DNA of 64,000 nt from an uncultured delta proteobacterium. GTDB lineage: Bacteria > Myxococcota > Myxococcia > Myxococcales > Myxococcaceae. The notes under the pieces are model-generated. The model searched no databases and was not told where the DNA came from. It worked only from the letters and a program-made list of their open reading frames with translations. The translations under genes were made by a program, and so were the position numbers. Shown here one piece after another: positions 39,349 through 49,367 of the stretch (position 1 is the stretch's first letter; every line of letters starts with the position of its first letter). The DNA is taken from contig CAVQKE010000004.1 of NCBI GenBank assembly GCA_963713045.1, forward strand, positions 736,001-800,000, in the 5' to 3' direction.

Positions 39349-40803
39349 CTAGAGAGCCCGTGGGGCCCAGTGGTGCGGTAGCAGCTCGTCGATTTGGCTC
39401 CGGGGCGTGGTTTGCACCCGGAGTAGGACGTCCGCGAGGTAGGCCTCAGGGTTGACGTGGTTGGCCTCGCACGTGGCGATGAGCGAGTACAGGCCCGCGA
39501 CGTTGGCGCCGGCCTCATCGTTGCCGACAAAGAGGTAATTCTTTCTACCGAGAGCCGCCGTCCGCAGTGCGCTCTCGCTGGCGTTGTTGTCGAGTGGGAG
39601 TGAGGCGTCCTCGAGGAAGCGTCCGAGCGCTTCCCATTGGCCGCGGATGTACCGGATGGCCTCACCGAGCGGGGACTTCGGAGGGTGCAGAGTCGAGTGT
39701 TGTTGTAGCCAGTCCCGGATTTGCTCGAGGAGTGGTGCACTGACGGCACGGCGCCGCTTGAGGTGCTCAGCGGTGCCGAGCAGCTTCGCATCCCCCACCT
39801 CGTGCTCGACGCGGTAGAGCGCGAGGATGAGGTCCAGCATGCCCTGGGCCTCAGGAGCTGTTGGGAGGGCGTCAAAAAAGCGTCTTCGGGCGTGGGCCCA
39901 GCATCCGACGCGGACGCGGCCGTTGGGGACGACGACGACGTTGTAGCCCGTGTACCCATCGACGAGGAGGTAGCCGCAGGTGCCTTCAAGGACCTCGGCC
40001 GGAGTGTCCCCGCTGCGGGTGGGGCTGAAGCGGTACGCGATGAGGTTGGTTGTACGAAACGTCCAGAGGTAGCCCCGGCGTGTCTTCCCCTCAGCCTGCA
40101 CGCGCATGGGCGTCTCGTCAGCAAGGACGAGGTGACTCTCTCGGACGAGTTGGAGAATTCGCTCGACGAGGGGCTGCAGCACCTCGGCCGAGGTGTGAAA
40201 GAGGTCGCCCATGGTGGTGCGTGCCACGGGGATACCGACACGGTGGAGCGCCTTCGCTTGGCGGTACAGCGGGATGCTGTCCGCGCACTTCGCCGTGACG
40301 AGGTGGGCGAGGAAGCCGGGGCCGTACTGGCACTTGTCCACCACTCTCGCCGGCGCGTCCGCCACCACCACGCCCTCGCCGCACCGGCAGGCCAGCGTCT
40401 CCTGCACGTGCACCTGCTTCTCGAAGCGGGCCGGGATGTACTCGTAGATGACGGTGCGCTTGCCCTCGCCGAGCTGGCGCAGCTCTGTGCTGCCGCACTT
40501 CGGGCACAGCCGCCGCTCTGGCGGTACCGAGTGGTGCACTTCGCGCTCTGGGAGTTCGGCCTTCTCGGCGCGAGCTGCCCGGCGACGCGCCTGGGTGGCC
40601 TCAGGGTCTACCGGCCGCTCGGAGCGGAGCTCCTCGGCGACCGGCGGCATCTTCTCGCTTCTCTTACCGAAGACGTGCCGCTGGAGCGCCTCGAGCTGGC
40701 CACGGAGCGTTTCCTGTTCTTCGCGGACGCGGGCGAGCTCTCCCCCGAGGCGCTCGGCCTCGTCCCGCCACGCACAGTCGTGGTCTTCGGAGCCTGGTAC
40801 CAC
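39349..40803 (-). CDS. tnpC: IS66 transposase TnpC
   Basis: FGKRSE, CPKCG, ADET, GCWAHARRRF and DNNASESALR. Confidence 0.95.
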   Translation of the reverse strand: MVPGSEDHDCAWRDEAERLGGELARVREEQETLRGQLEALQRHVFGKRSEKMPPVAEELRSERPVDPEATQARRRAARAEKAELPEREVHHSVPPERRLCPKCGSTELRQLGEGKRTVIYEYIPARFEKQVHVQETLACRCGEGVVVADAPARVVDKCQYGPGFLAHLVTAKCADSIPLYRQAKALHRVGIPVARTTMGDLFHTSAEVLQPLVERILQLVRESHLVLADETPMRVQAEGKTRRGYLWTFRTTNLIAYRFSPTRSGDTPAEVLEGTCGYLLVDGYTGYNVVVVPNGRVRVGCWAHARRRFFDALPTAPEAQGMLDLILALYRVEHEVGDAKLLGTAEHLKRRRAVSAPLLEQIRDWLQQHSTLHPPKSPLGEAIRYIRGQWEALGRFLEDASLPLDNNASESALRTAALGRKNYLFVGNDEAGANVAGLYSLIATCEANHVNPEAYLADVLLRVQTTPRSQIDELLPHHWAPRAL

Positions 40804-41195
40804 CGCCCAGTAGAGATCACACTTTCCGCCGTTTGGGGAGGCGGGTGCGGGGGGACCCACTGTTTAGGCCGGCGGACGCGGGACAGGTCGATGCCGTCGA
40901 GGAGCATGGCGAGCTGGCTACTTTGGAGCCGCGCACCCAGAGCGTCCTCGCGAAACTCCGGCAGCCGGAAGCGTCCCTGCTCGAGCCGCTTGTAATAGAG
41001 GACGAAGCCGCCGTTGTCCCAAGTGAGCACCTTCGCCTTGTCACCGCGCCGGCTAACGAAGACGAAGAGGTCGCCGGCGTAGAGGTCTTCCTTCCACTGG
41101 TTGCGGATGACGGCGGCCAGTCCATCGATGGAATTGCGCATGTCCACCCGTTGAGCAGCGAGCAGGATGCGGACAGCGCGTGGAATGAGAAGCAC
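40608..41195 (-). CDS. tnpB: IS66 accessory protein TnpB
   Basis: VDMRNSIDGL, LFVFVSRR, LYYKRLEQGRF; the frame stays open into tnpC. Confidence 0.9.
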   Translation of the reverse strand: MLLIPRAVRILLAAQRVDMRNSIDGLAAVIRNQWKEDLYAGDLFVFVSRRGDKAKVLTWDNGGFVLYYKRLEQGRFRLPEFREDALGARLQSSQLAMLLDGIDLSRVRRPKQWVPPHPPPQTAESVISTGRWYQAPKTTTVRGGTRPSASGESSPASAKNRKRSVASSRRSSGTSSVREARRCRRSPRSSAPSGR

Positions 41196-41208
41196 GTCGG
41201 GGCCGGGG

Positions 41209-41535
41209 CTACCGCAGCGCGCGCACCAGCAGCGCCACGTACTTCGGGTCGGTGCCGGCGCCGACGCGGATGGTGAGGCCATCCTCGAGGGCGACTTCCA
41301 CCGTCCCACCGAGCCGCGCCTTCGGCGCGGGCGAGGCTACCACCTGCACTGGCACAAAGGCGGCCGTCGAGTTGGAGTCCAAGACAGACTTGGTCTTCTT
41401 TTGTTTGTAGAGCCAAAATTGGAGCGAGCTGAGCGCGACGTCGTGCTTGGCGACAAACTCCTTCTGCGTCAGGCCGCTCTGTTTGTACTCCGCCAACAGC
41501 GTCTCCCACTCCGCGGGACCAGGTCGTCGGGGCAT
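41209..41535 (-). CDS. tnpA: IS66 accessory protein TnpA
   Basis: SGLTQKEF...LQFW...FVPVQV. Confidence 0.88.
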   Translation of the reverse strand: MPRRPGPAEWETLLAEYKQSGLTQKEFVAKHDVALSSLQFWLYKQKKTKSVLDSNSTAAFVPVQVVASPAPKARLGGTVEVALEDGLTIRVGAGTDPKYVALLVRALR

Positions 41536-41694
41536 AACTACGACTCTGCCCGTCAGCCGCTACCACTCAAGGCGTCCGTTGTCGGGCGGTTACGTCCGCC
41601 GTCGGTACTGCCTCTGGCGAGCCTGGAAGACCCACCGGCATTCCCAGCGAGCTTGAACCCAGGGTGGCTGCCCGAATTAGACAGGTGTGACGAG

Positions 41695-41820
41695 ACCTTA
41701 CCCGGATGGCATTGGTCAGCCGCCGGTGGGCAAGGTTTACGTGGTCGCAAGGGCCGTAGAACCGTCGCGGCGCTCACCCTCAGCCTCAACGCAAGCTCGC
41801 GAACGCACAGAAGCAACTCA
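41695..41820 (-). pseudogene. Frameshifted HTH_17 (excisionase or integrase-tail) remnant
   Basis: LLCVRELALRLRVSAATV, +1 shift, YGPCDHVNLAHRRLTNAIRV. Confidence 0.65.
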
Positions 41821-41888
41821 GCCGCCAAGGCAAGCAGTCTCAGCTCCCCTTGTCCTGTCCGGCAGAACTTGCGATGTGATGAATCGAC

Positions 41889-42320
41889 TTAGTCCTTGGA
41901 GAGGAGTTCTCCAAGCTTGAGCAGTGCAAGTTCCAAACGTTTGTTCACATTGTCCAGTGGCGCCCCGGTTCGCTCACCAACCTCGGTCGGCGAGAGGCCG
42001 TGCCAGTACGTTAACTCCAGGGCGGTGCGCTGCTCCGCAGAGATTGATGCCAACGCCTCACGCACCCGTCGAGCATCGCGAGTTTCCCCCGCGACGTGGA
42101 TTTCGGAGCTGACAGGCTGGGCTCTGTTCTTGTCCCCCAGCCCTTCCAGCACGTTGCGCGACCCCGACTGCTCGATGGCTTGTGTTCGTGCGGTGGTGGG
42201 CACCCAGGGGCCCTCAGTGCCCGATGAGGGCATGCGTTCTGCTGCGCACCGCCAGACCTCCACAGCGGCTGAATCTCCGCGGCCGCCACCAGTGAGAATC
42301 TCGGGGTCTCCATCCGCCAT
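41889..42320 (-). pseudogene. ECF sigma factor region-4 fragment
   Basis: VREALASISAEQRTALELTYWHGLSPTEVGERTGAPL; no recognisable region 2. Confidence 0.65.
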
Positions 42321-42604
42321 GGAGAGAACGACGCCGACTTCGCGGAACCCACACCAACGCCGATCAGCCCTCGCCAGAGGGCTCCAACCACAACTCCGGG
42401 AGGAAATCGGTAGTATCAGGTCACACCCAGGATGTTCTCTCCGAGTACGAGGGACAAGCTAGCCATTAGCGGGCTGCGTCACCACCCCTATTATAGAGGG
42501 CCAACTAGGAGCGTTCGTTGGCAACGCTCTCGACGCCGGTTTGGCAACGTCAAGACTCACGTCCGGTCGACCCACGGGAGGTCAAAATGTGGTAGGCGTG
42601 ACTT

Positions 42605-43675
42605 GTGTTGCACGCGTTCGTTACCGCTAACCGTTCGGAGATCATCGCCCGGTGCAGGGCGCTCATTGCGAACCGCCCGGTGCCGCGGCCAACGGACGTA
42701 GAAATTGAACACGGCGTGCCACTCTTCCTTGATCAACTGGCCGACACTTTGCGCCGGGCGCTGACCTCCAACACAGAGATCGCAGACAGCGGTGCTAAAC
42801 ATGGATTCGAGCTACTCGAGCGAGGCTTCACGATAGCTCAAGTTGTTGGCGACTATAGCGGCATTTGTCAGACCATCACCGAACTCGCGGTCGAACGGTC
42901 TGCGCCAATTACGGCGCGAGAGTTTCAAACCCTTAACCTCTGCCTGGACCAGGCTATTGCCGGTGCAGTGACCGAATATGGCAGGTTGCGGGAACACGAA
43001 GGGACAGAGCGCCTAGGCCGCCTCTCACACGAGCTGCGCAACCTGCTGAATACCTCAATGCTGGCTTTTGATGTTCTCAAGACGGGCCGCGTTGGTGTTG
43101 GAGGCAGTACGGGAGCGATCCTTGCGCGGAGCCTCGGCGGCCTTCGCAATCTGCTCGATCGAGAGCTCGCCGAGGTGCGGCTTGGAGCAGGAATTCTCTA
43201 CCGAGAGAGAGTCGTAGTTCGTGATTTCATCGAAGACGTTGAGGTTGCTGCGGGAATGGATGCCAACGCGCGAGGTATTCAGTTCGCGGTCACGTCGCTC
43301 CCTAAAGATGTGACGGTTTATGCTGACCGACAGATCCTGACGTCTGTCATGTCGAACTTGTTGCAGAACGCGTTCAAGTTCACGCGGTCTGGCGGAAGTG
43401 TTTCGCTGCGCGCGCAGGCAACCAACGATCGGGTTCGTCTTAACGTTGAAGACCAGTGCGGAGGACTTCCGCTCGCCAAGATTGCTGACCTTTTTCATCC
43501 GTTCGAGCAAATGAGCGCCGACCGCACTGGATTGGGTTTAGGGCTCGCCATCTGTGAACGCGGTGCGCGGGTCAACGACGGAACGATTCAGGTCGTTAAC
43601 CACGCTGGCCTCGGATGTGTGTTCACCGTTGAACTGCCAAGGCAAGCGTCAAAGCTCTCTCGCGCAAGCGATTGA
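42605..43675 (+). CDS. Soluble sensor histidine kinase (orphan)
   Basis: H box SHELRNLL, N box NLLQNAFKFT, VEDQCGG, GLGLGLAI. Confidence 0.92.
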   Translation: MLHAFVTANRSEIIARCRALIANRPVPRPTDVEIEHGVPLFLDQLADTLRRALTSNTEIADSGAKHGFELLERGFTIAQVVGDYSGICQTITELAVERSAPITAREFQTLNLCLDQAIAGAVTEYGRLREHEGTERLGRLSHELRNLLNTSMLAFDVLKTGRVGVGGSTGAILARSLGGLRNLLDRELAEVRLGAGILYRERVVVRDFIEDVEVAAGMDANARGIQFAVTSLPKDVTVYADRQILTSVMSNLLQNAFKFTRSGGSVSLRAQATNDRVRLNVEDQCGGLPLAKIADLFHPFEQMSADRTGLGLGLAICERGARVNDGTIQVVNHAGLGCVFTVELPRQASKLSRASD

Positions 43676-43781
43676 CGGTTGCATGTAGGGCGTTGGACTG
43701 TACGCTCGAGCGCATCGCTACGCCGATGACTTCGGTCGGGGCCCGACTTGGCCTTGGGACACCGGCCCGAGAGCGAGGGCC

Positions 43782-44378
43782 CTACCTCCCGTGCTGACGC
43801 ACATACGTCAGCGTGTACACAACGGACCTCGGCAGCTGGCTGCTCTCCATGACCTTCTTGACGAGTAACGTTTTCCCGTCTGGCTGCAGACGGAATTCCG
43901 TCTTGCCCTGCCCGTCGCTGGTTCGACCCTGCTGGACGAGCACGCCTTTTGCGAAGTGCTGTCTGGTCTGGCTCTCGTCGCCGGTCTGGTTCTTCATTTT
44001 CACTTCGGCGCCGTTGCTCGGGGAAATTTCCGCGGGGTACCCGGGCGTCTCGATTTCGACGTCCCCCTTCGCATCAAAGGCGATGGTGTAGGAGGGACGA
44101 ATCACTGCGCGCTCCACCAGCGCGCTCTTGGCAAACCCGCTCGCGATTCCCACAACCACCAACAATTCGCTACCGAGATTCGCTAGCGACAGGTCTCGGC
44201 CCGCTGCGCACATCCCCACCTTTCCAACCTCCCCTGGTGGACCAAGCTGAGATCCAGCTCGCCGCGCTGCAGGAGTACGAGCAGCTGCCGCGTGTGGCCT
44301 CTCGGAAGGTGTCGGACCGTCGAGGTGCGAAGGCCGACATGCGCCGCCGTTCTCGCGGACCGCGTCCTGCACCTTCAA
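43782..44378 (-). CDS. Hypothetical protein; 5' end uncertain or decayed
   Basis: The C-terminal half looks like a real beta-rich domain; the N-terminal part does not. Confidence 0.45.
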   Translation of the reverse strand: MKVQDAVRENGGACRPSHLDGPTPSERPHAAAARTPAARRAGSQLGPPGEVGKVGMCAAGRDLSLANLGSELLVVVGIASGFAKSALVERAVIRPSYTIAFDAKGDVEIETPGYPAEISPSNGAEVKMKNQTGDESQTRQHFAKGVLVQQGRTSDGQGKTEFRLQPDGKTLLVKKVMESSQLPRSVVYTLTYVRQHGR

Positions 44379-44448
44379 ACAGGATGCGTTCGGCGCGTGT
44401 CAAAAGGCTGGCGCCGGCTTCCCGAGCAACTCCGGACTCGCACGTTCT

Positions 44449-45048
44449 CTACGATGAAGCGCACTTCCCGCATAGCGCCTCCCGGAACTTCTTCTGGCGG
44501 AACATATTGAAAACGGCGTTCTCGAAAGCCCGGTTCAGCGTCTGCTGATAGCTTTCCGTGCTCCCGACCTTGCCATAGTTCGACCCCTGCCCGGTGACAT
44601 CGCCCTTCCAGCACGGAGTGTTTCCTACGCTGATGATGACCTCGAGTGCCACGCCGGCCGCGAATTCGGCATTCACGTACGTCTTCTCTTCCAGGTACAG
44701 CTCGTCAAGCGTGACTGCGAGGGTAGTCGCCGTTGGTCCCTTCCCGGGATTGCCGGCCCGCTTGAGAATGTCCTCAAGGGCAGTCTTGACGTAGGCCATC
44801 GCATCCCCCGTCATCTTGATGGGGTAGTCGGAGGCCGGCTTTTGTTCCTCGAAGCGTCGACCCGCCTCACCGGGGTTGTCTCGACCGTCCGTGGCGGTCA
44901 CAGAGATGGGTCCCGCACAAGCCGGGACGGTCCTCGGCTGGGGACCCGAGGGATAGTATTTCGGAGGAAACGTCGCGCCTTCGTTGAGTGAGGCGGCGCA
45001 ACCGAGAACCGCGAGCGGCAGAAAGATGGGTGCCCAGAACTTCAACAT
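44449..45048 (-). CDS. YajG-like lipoprotein
   Basis: GGAGG RBS; lipobox VLGC; ISVTATDGR motif. Confidence 0.7.
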   Translation of the reverse strand: MLKFWAPIFLPLAVLGCAASLNEGATFPPKYYPSGPQPRTVPACAGPISVTATDGRDNPGEAGRRFEEQKPASDYPIKMTGDAMAYVKTALEDILKRAGNPGKGPTATTLAVTLDELYLEEKTYVNAEFAAGVALEVIISVGNTPCWKGDVTGQGSNYGKVGSTESYQQTLNRAFENAVFNMFRQKKFREALCGKCASS

Positions 45049-45675
45049 GCGACCTCCGGCTAGTCAGGAATGGTTGTAAGCCGAGCAGGGTCGCCCGCTC
45101 GCGCTTAGGGTAGGCATGCTCAGCTCTCGGGGGAAGTGAAGCGCGAAGAAATGCGGCTGCTTCCCGCGCTGGATAGTCCACAGACAGTCGCCCGAAAAGC
45201 CCGGGCGCAGCTTCGCAACCTTGTCCACTGAAGCAGAAGCCTGGATCCGCACCTGAGGCCGAAAAAAGCCTCGTGGCTGTGTTCGATTCGTGTCGATGCC
45301 TCCGACCTCGCTAGACCTCCACCGACGCTACCCGGCCCGTGAGTGAACCCGCGCGCTCGAAGACGGTGGACTTACTCGAAGATGGACTGTCCCAACCCTC
45401 AACGGATGTACTTCAGCGGAGGAGTTTCCCAAGCTCGGATTCGAAGGTTCCGAATTCCTTCCGCCGCTCTAATGCCTTGGTGGTCGAGCGACCTCATGGT
45501 CCCAGGTTCTTCTCTTCGTCCTGGTTAGGCCGTCTTTCGGCTCCTAATCAAACCCTCACCGGTCAGTTCGAGCTGGGCCAGGTTCACTCAGGTGCTCATT
45601 CCAGCTTTCCTCCACGCCGCTACCGCCCAGTCGTGGGTAACGGTTCGAATCTCGTCCGCACTTCCTCGGAGCCGA

Positions 45676-46803
45676 TCACTTGCCAGTCTTTAGTTCGGTG
45701 GGGATGGTCTTCGCCTTGCCGGCGACCGGTGCCCCCGCATAGGCGCGCTTTAGTCCCTCCTGAAGGCCTAGGAGGAAGCCGTTCTCCACCACCTTCTCCA
45801 TGGTCAGGAGCAGCTGCTGATCCGGTCGTGTCAGCTCGTCCCGGATGAGGATCACGCCGGAGGGCGTTGTTCCCTCAGTTGGAGTGGAAATGGCCATTGA
45901 AAGCCGGCCGAGCAGCGCCCCGAACGCGCTACCGACGCTTGCATCATGGGGAACGATCTCCGAGGTCTCGAGGTGGGGATCGACCTGCCCGGTCAGCTTA
46001 CCCTGATTCGACTCGAAGCTCATCCTCATGCTGAAAAGACCAGGCGACAGCTTCACGTCGTTTTGACTGTCGATAAGCGCGTTTATCTGTGAAACGTCAA
46101 AGCCTTCGAGCTCCGCCCCTCCGGCGAAGGACGGCGCCATGGCGAAGGGAGCCGCTTGGACGACCACTGACATCCTGCCCTTCCGCTGAACGATGCCTGA
46201 GGCGGCCAGGGTCATCGGTCCCGAAGTGATGTTCGGGCGCGATCCCAGGTTCTCCAGCGTCGCTTCGATGTTGTGGAACCACAGCGTCGGCCGGTACTTT
46301 TGGTGGACCCAGACGTAAAGCACCTCACCGTCTTTTGCTTGAAGGCGGTCGAGCACAACCTCTACCGGAATGAGCTTGCTGAGTTCCGGGAGCCGCGCCG
46401 CTTGGCCCGGCGTCGGTTGCTCCAGCACCACCTTCACCCCGCGCGCATCGACCCGGGTGACTAGATGGCCGCCAAGCAGCTTTCCCCAGAGTACTTGCAG
46501 CGAAACGTTGTCGGCGTAGAAGAGTGGGTCCTTCGTTTGCCGCTCCGGTTGGCTGAGCTTGAGGTGAGTGACCCTATAGACCAGCGGAAAGAAACTGAGC
46601 TGTGCGTCGAGGAAGTCGCCCTGAACGCCATTGAGCTTCTCGAGCCATCGTCGCGTCTGCCAGCGCGCGACGGGATGCGCAACCACGCGGACACCCACGA
46701 GCAGTACGCCGAATATAGCGAGCGCGACCAGCCACCAGGGCGAGCGTTTGCCCCAGGGCCAGTGCAGATGGCCGCGGGCAGCCGACTTGCTTCGCTGTGT
46801 CAT
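45676..46803 (-). CDS. DUF748/AsmA-like membrane-anchored protein
   Basis: N-terminal TM helix followed by an extended beta-rich domain. Confidence 0.7.
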   Translation of the reverse strand: MTQRSKSAARGHLHWPWGKRSPWWLVALAIFGVLLVGVRVVAHPVARWQTRRWLEKLNGVQGDFLDAQLSFFPLVYRVTHLKLSQPERQTKDPLFYADNVSLQVLWGKLLGGHLVTRVDARGVKVVLEQPTPGQAARLPELSKLIPVEVVLDRLQAKDGEVLYVWVHQKYRPTLWFHNIEATLENLGSRPNITSGPMTLAASGIVQRKGRMSVVVQAAPFAMAPSFAGGAELEGFDVSQINALIDSQNDVKLSPGLFSMRMSFESNQGKLTGQVDPHLETSEIVPHDASVGSAFGALLGRLSMAISTPTEGTTPSGVILIRDELTRPDQQLLLTMEKVVENGFLLGLQEGLKRAYAGAPVAGKAKTIPTELKTGK

Positions 46804-47359
46804 CCCGGATGGTCAATCTAGGGCTGGCAGATGAGTTCAACCATTACCGGCGCACTGGAAGCTTATCCGCCCTTCACGCCATGGGCGCCTTTCCGTCAAG
46901 GCCGAGGCCGCCGCGCTCGACGCGTTCGGGCGGGCCGCAGCCTCGTGTGACGCTAATCAGGACGGAATAACCGCCAGGCCGGCCGATGTAATCCGTGCTG
47001 CCATCACCGAAGTGAATGCGGCATGTCTCCGCGCGCAGGGTGTGGCGCGAAGATGGCCAACAAGAAAGGGGACCGTAGAGAAAGGCATGTCCTCGGCTTC
47101 GACACCCAACGTTCAACGGTCGAAGCAAGGAAGGCGATCTGCCTCGCAATCCTCACCGTCCTGCCGCGGACCATCGGTGAAGCTGGAGGCACGTCGCACG
47201 CGACCGCGAGCTTCTCGGACGAAACAAGGGAGTCCGTGCATCACGGATGAGACCTCGTATAGTGCCTGCGTCCGCGGGCAGGTTGTGTCGAGCGCTCGAA
47301 ATAGCCAACGCTTGTGCCGAGGTTTTCTCGGAACGTCAGAGTATGAAGGAGGGGAAGCT

Positions 47360-47509
47360 ATGAATCTTCTTTGGGGCGTGGTGGTGCTTCTGGTCGTCCT
47401 CTGGCTGCTTGGATTCACACTCCACGTGGGAGGTGGAATCATCCACCTGTTGCTCGTGGTGGCGGTCATCGTGATCATCATACGGCTTGTGAGCGGACGA
47501 GGCGTCTGA
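47360..47509 (+). CDS. lmo0937-family small membrane protein
   Basis: AGGAGG RBS; LWLLGF...GGGIIHLLLVVAV. Confidence 0.88.
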   Translation: MNLLWGVVVLLVVLWLLGFTLHVGGGIIHLLLVVAVIVIIIRLVSGRGV

Positions 47510-47635
47510 GCCAGCGCCTTGCTTGACGTTTCGTCCTGGGCGGAGCACAAGCACAGCCCTCGACTCAGGCTGGGCGGGGCTGAGCCGCGCGCGAGCAGTC
47601 GCTCCGTGGGCTCCAACGCGAAAGAGGTTTCATCC

Positions 47636-47923
47636 ATGAAGAGGCTTTTTTGTGCAGTGGTGCTGATGACGGCCACTGGCAGCTTCGCTGACGACACGAT
47701 GCAGAAGACGGGCAAGCAGGTCGACAAGGCGACTTCCGACACAGTCGATACGAGCAAGAAGGCGGCGCAAGACGCTTCCAAGGCGACCGAGAAGGCCGCC
47801 TCCAAGACCTCCGACGCGACGAAGAAGGGCGTGGCGAGTGGCGCGGATGCGACCAACAAGGCCGCCTCGAAATCGGCAGATGCCGTTAAGAAGTCGACGA
47901 ACGACGTGGCGCCCTCCAAGTAG
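47636..47923 (+). CDS. Small secreted Lys/Ala/Thr-rich LEA-like protein
   Basis: Signal peptide; approximately 11-residue K/A/D/T periodicity. Confidence 0.7.
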   Translation: MKRLFCAVVLMTATGSFADDTMQKTGKQVDKATSDTVDTSKKAAQDASKATEKAASKTSDATKKGVASGADATNKAASKSADAVKKSTNDVAPSK

Positions 47924-47925
47924 CC

Positions 47926-48651
47926 TTGAAGCAGGTGCTCGTCACCGGAGCGAGCCGAGGGATCGGTGCTGCCACGGCTCTCTCGTTTGGCACGGCCGGC
48001 TACCGGGTGTGGTTGCACTACCGGAAAGAGGAGGCGGCTGCCCGGAGCGTGGCTGCCACGATCGTCCAGGCCGGGGGCCCCGAGCCCCATCTGGTGTCCT
48101 TCGACCTCGCTGACCGCCACCAGACAGAAGCCGCGACGCGCACCCTTCTCCGGGACATGGGTGCTCCTGACGCCTTGGTGTTCAACGCAGGCATTTCCCG
48201 CAATGAACTCTTTGCGCTGACGGATGACGCTCTGTGGGACGAGGTCCTCGGAACCAATCTGGGCGGGTTCCTTGCCGTCGGCCGACCCGTGGTGAAGGCA
48301 ATGGTTCGGGAAAAGAGGGGGCGCATCGTCCTCGTGTCATCGGTCGCCGCCCAGCGCGGAAGCGCCGGGCAGGTTGCGTATGCCGCGAGCAAGGGCGCTC
48401 TCATCTCCGCGGCACGGTCCCTTGCGCTCGAACTCGCGCGGTTGAGCATCACCGTGAACGTTGTCTCGCCGGGTCTAATTCAAACGAAGATGCTCTCCGG
48501 TGTCCCGGTAGAGGCTTACTTGCCCTTAATCCCCCTGCGTCGGGTCGGCCTACCGACTGAGGTGGCGCATGTGATTCGCTACCTCTGCTCGGACGAGGCC
48601 GGCTTCGTCACTGGCCAGGTGATTGGCGTCAACGGCGGGCTGTGGATGTAG
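47926..48651 (+). CDS. 3-oxoacyl-ACP reductase (FabG-like ketoreductase)
   Basis: TGASRGIG, NAG, YAASK, VTGQVIGVNGG. Confidence 0.93.
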   Translation: MKQVLVTGASRGIGAATALSFGTAGYRVWLHYRKEEAAARSVAATIVQAGGPEPHLVSFDLADRHQTEAATRTLLRDMGAPDALVFNAGISRNELFALTDDALWDEVLGTNLGGFLAVGRPVVKAMVREKRGRIVLVSSVAAQRGSAGQVAYAASKGALISAARSLALELARLSITVNVVSPGLIQTKMLSGVPVEAYLPLIPLRRVGLPTEVAHVIRYLCSDEAGFVTGQVIGVNGGLWM

Positions 48652-48662
48652 CCAGTATGCCG

Positions 48663-49367
48663 TCAGCTGCCGCGGATTCTCAGAAGGTCATCCGGCACGG
48701 GGAACCCGGGCTTATACATTGCCACGCTCAGCTCGAGGCTAAAACCTCTGCTGTCTGCCAAATGAACCGAGCGGGCAACCCAGGTCCCCTGGACGAGTTC
48801 GAGGTGGTCGTAGTCCACCTGCACCACCAGCTTGCCGTCGCGGAAATAACGCTTGCGACGAAGGGCCAGGGTTCCGTCATCCCGCCACTCTTCAACTGCA
48901 TCGACGTCATCGTCGGCGGGGATGTTCGACCTCGACACCCAGCTCCCCGACTCGGCCGTGAGCGGTCCGGTGGCTCGCAGGAAGTAGATGCGCTCGACGG
49001 CGCGTCCGAGGTTGGTCGGGTCGAAACGCAGGGCGAAGTCCTTCAGGTAAACTTGGGCCTCCCAGCGTCCATCCACCTTGGCAACGTCGAAGAGCTTAGG
49101 TCCCACGGCCGCCGCGGCCGACACCCTGAACGAGCCGTCCTTGCGTGCCAAGAAGTAGCCCGACATTAAGTAGTTCTGCCCCTGGTACTTCGCGACCACC
49201 TGGTGAAGCATCTTGAACGACGCAGGCGCATGGGACGCAAGCTTGACCTTCTCTGCCTCGGCGGCGGCGACCGACATGGAGACCGGCCGCGTCGGCGGAA
49301 CGCCGTCCGTCTGATGCGCACACCCGCAGAGAATCGCCAGCAAGGCGCGGAGGCGCCAGCGGTTCAT
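48663..49367 (-). CDS. Lipoprotein (DUF3261/LolB-like) of the PKS cluster
   Basis: Lipobox LCGC; beta-rich; ATGA overlap with the MMPL stop. Confidence 0.65.
   Translation of the reverse strand: MNRWRLRALLAILCGCAHQTDGVPPTRPVSMSVAAAEAEKVKLASHAPASFKMLHQVVAKYQGQNYLMSGYFLARKDGSFRVSAAAAVGPKLFDVAKVDGRWEAQVYLKDFALRFDPTNLGRAVERIYFLRATGPLTAESGSWVSRSNIPADDDVDAVEEWRDDGTLALRRKRYFRDGKLVVQVDYDHLELVQGTWVARSVHLADSRGFSLELSVAMYKPGFPVPDDLLRIRGS

Larger units (their letters stand above)
39315..41593 (-). mobile_element. IS66-family insertion sequence
   Basis: Inverted ends GTATCCGATCGATCGCGGACGC / GTAACCGCCCGACAACGGACGC; tnpA-tnpB-tnpC; flanking direct repeat GTCCGCCGTCG. Confidence 0.92.

Noticed and set aside
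45640..45665. GGTTCGAATC T-loop-like sequence as another att site
   Set aside because: It lacks the TTCCTAAAC core and the acceptor-stem match, and the stem pairs poorly.
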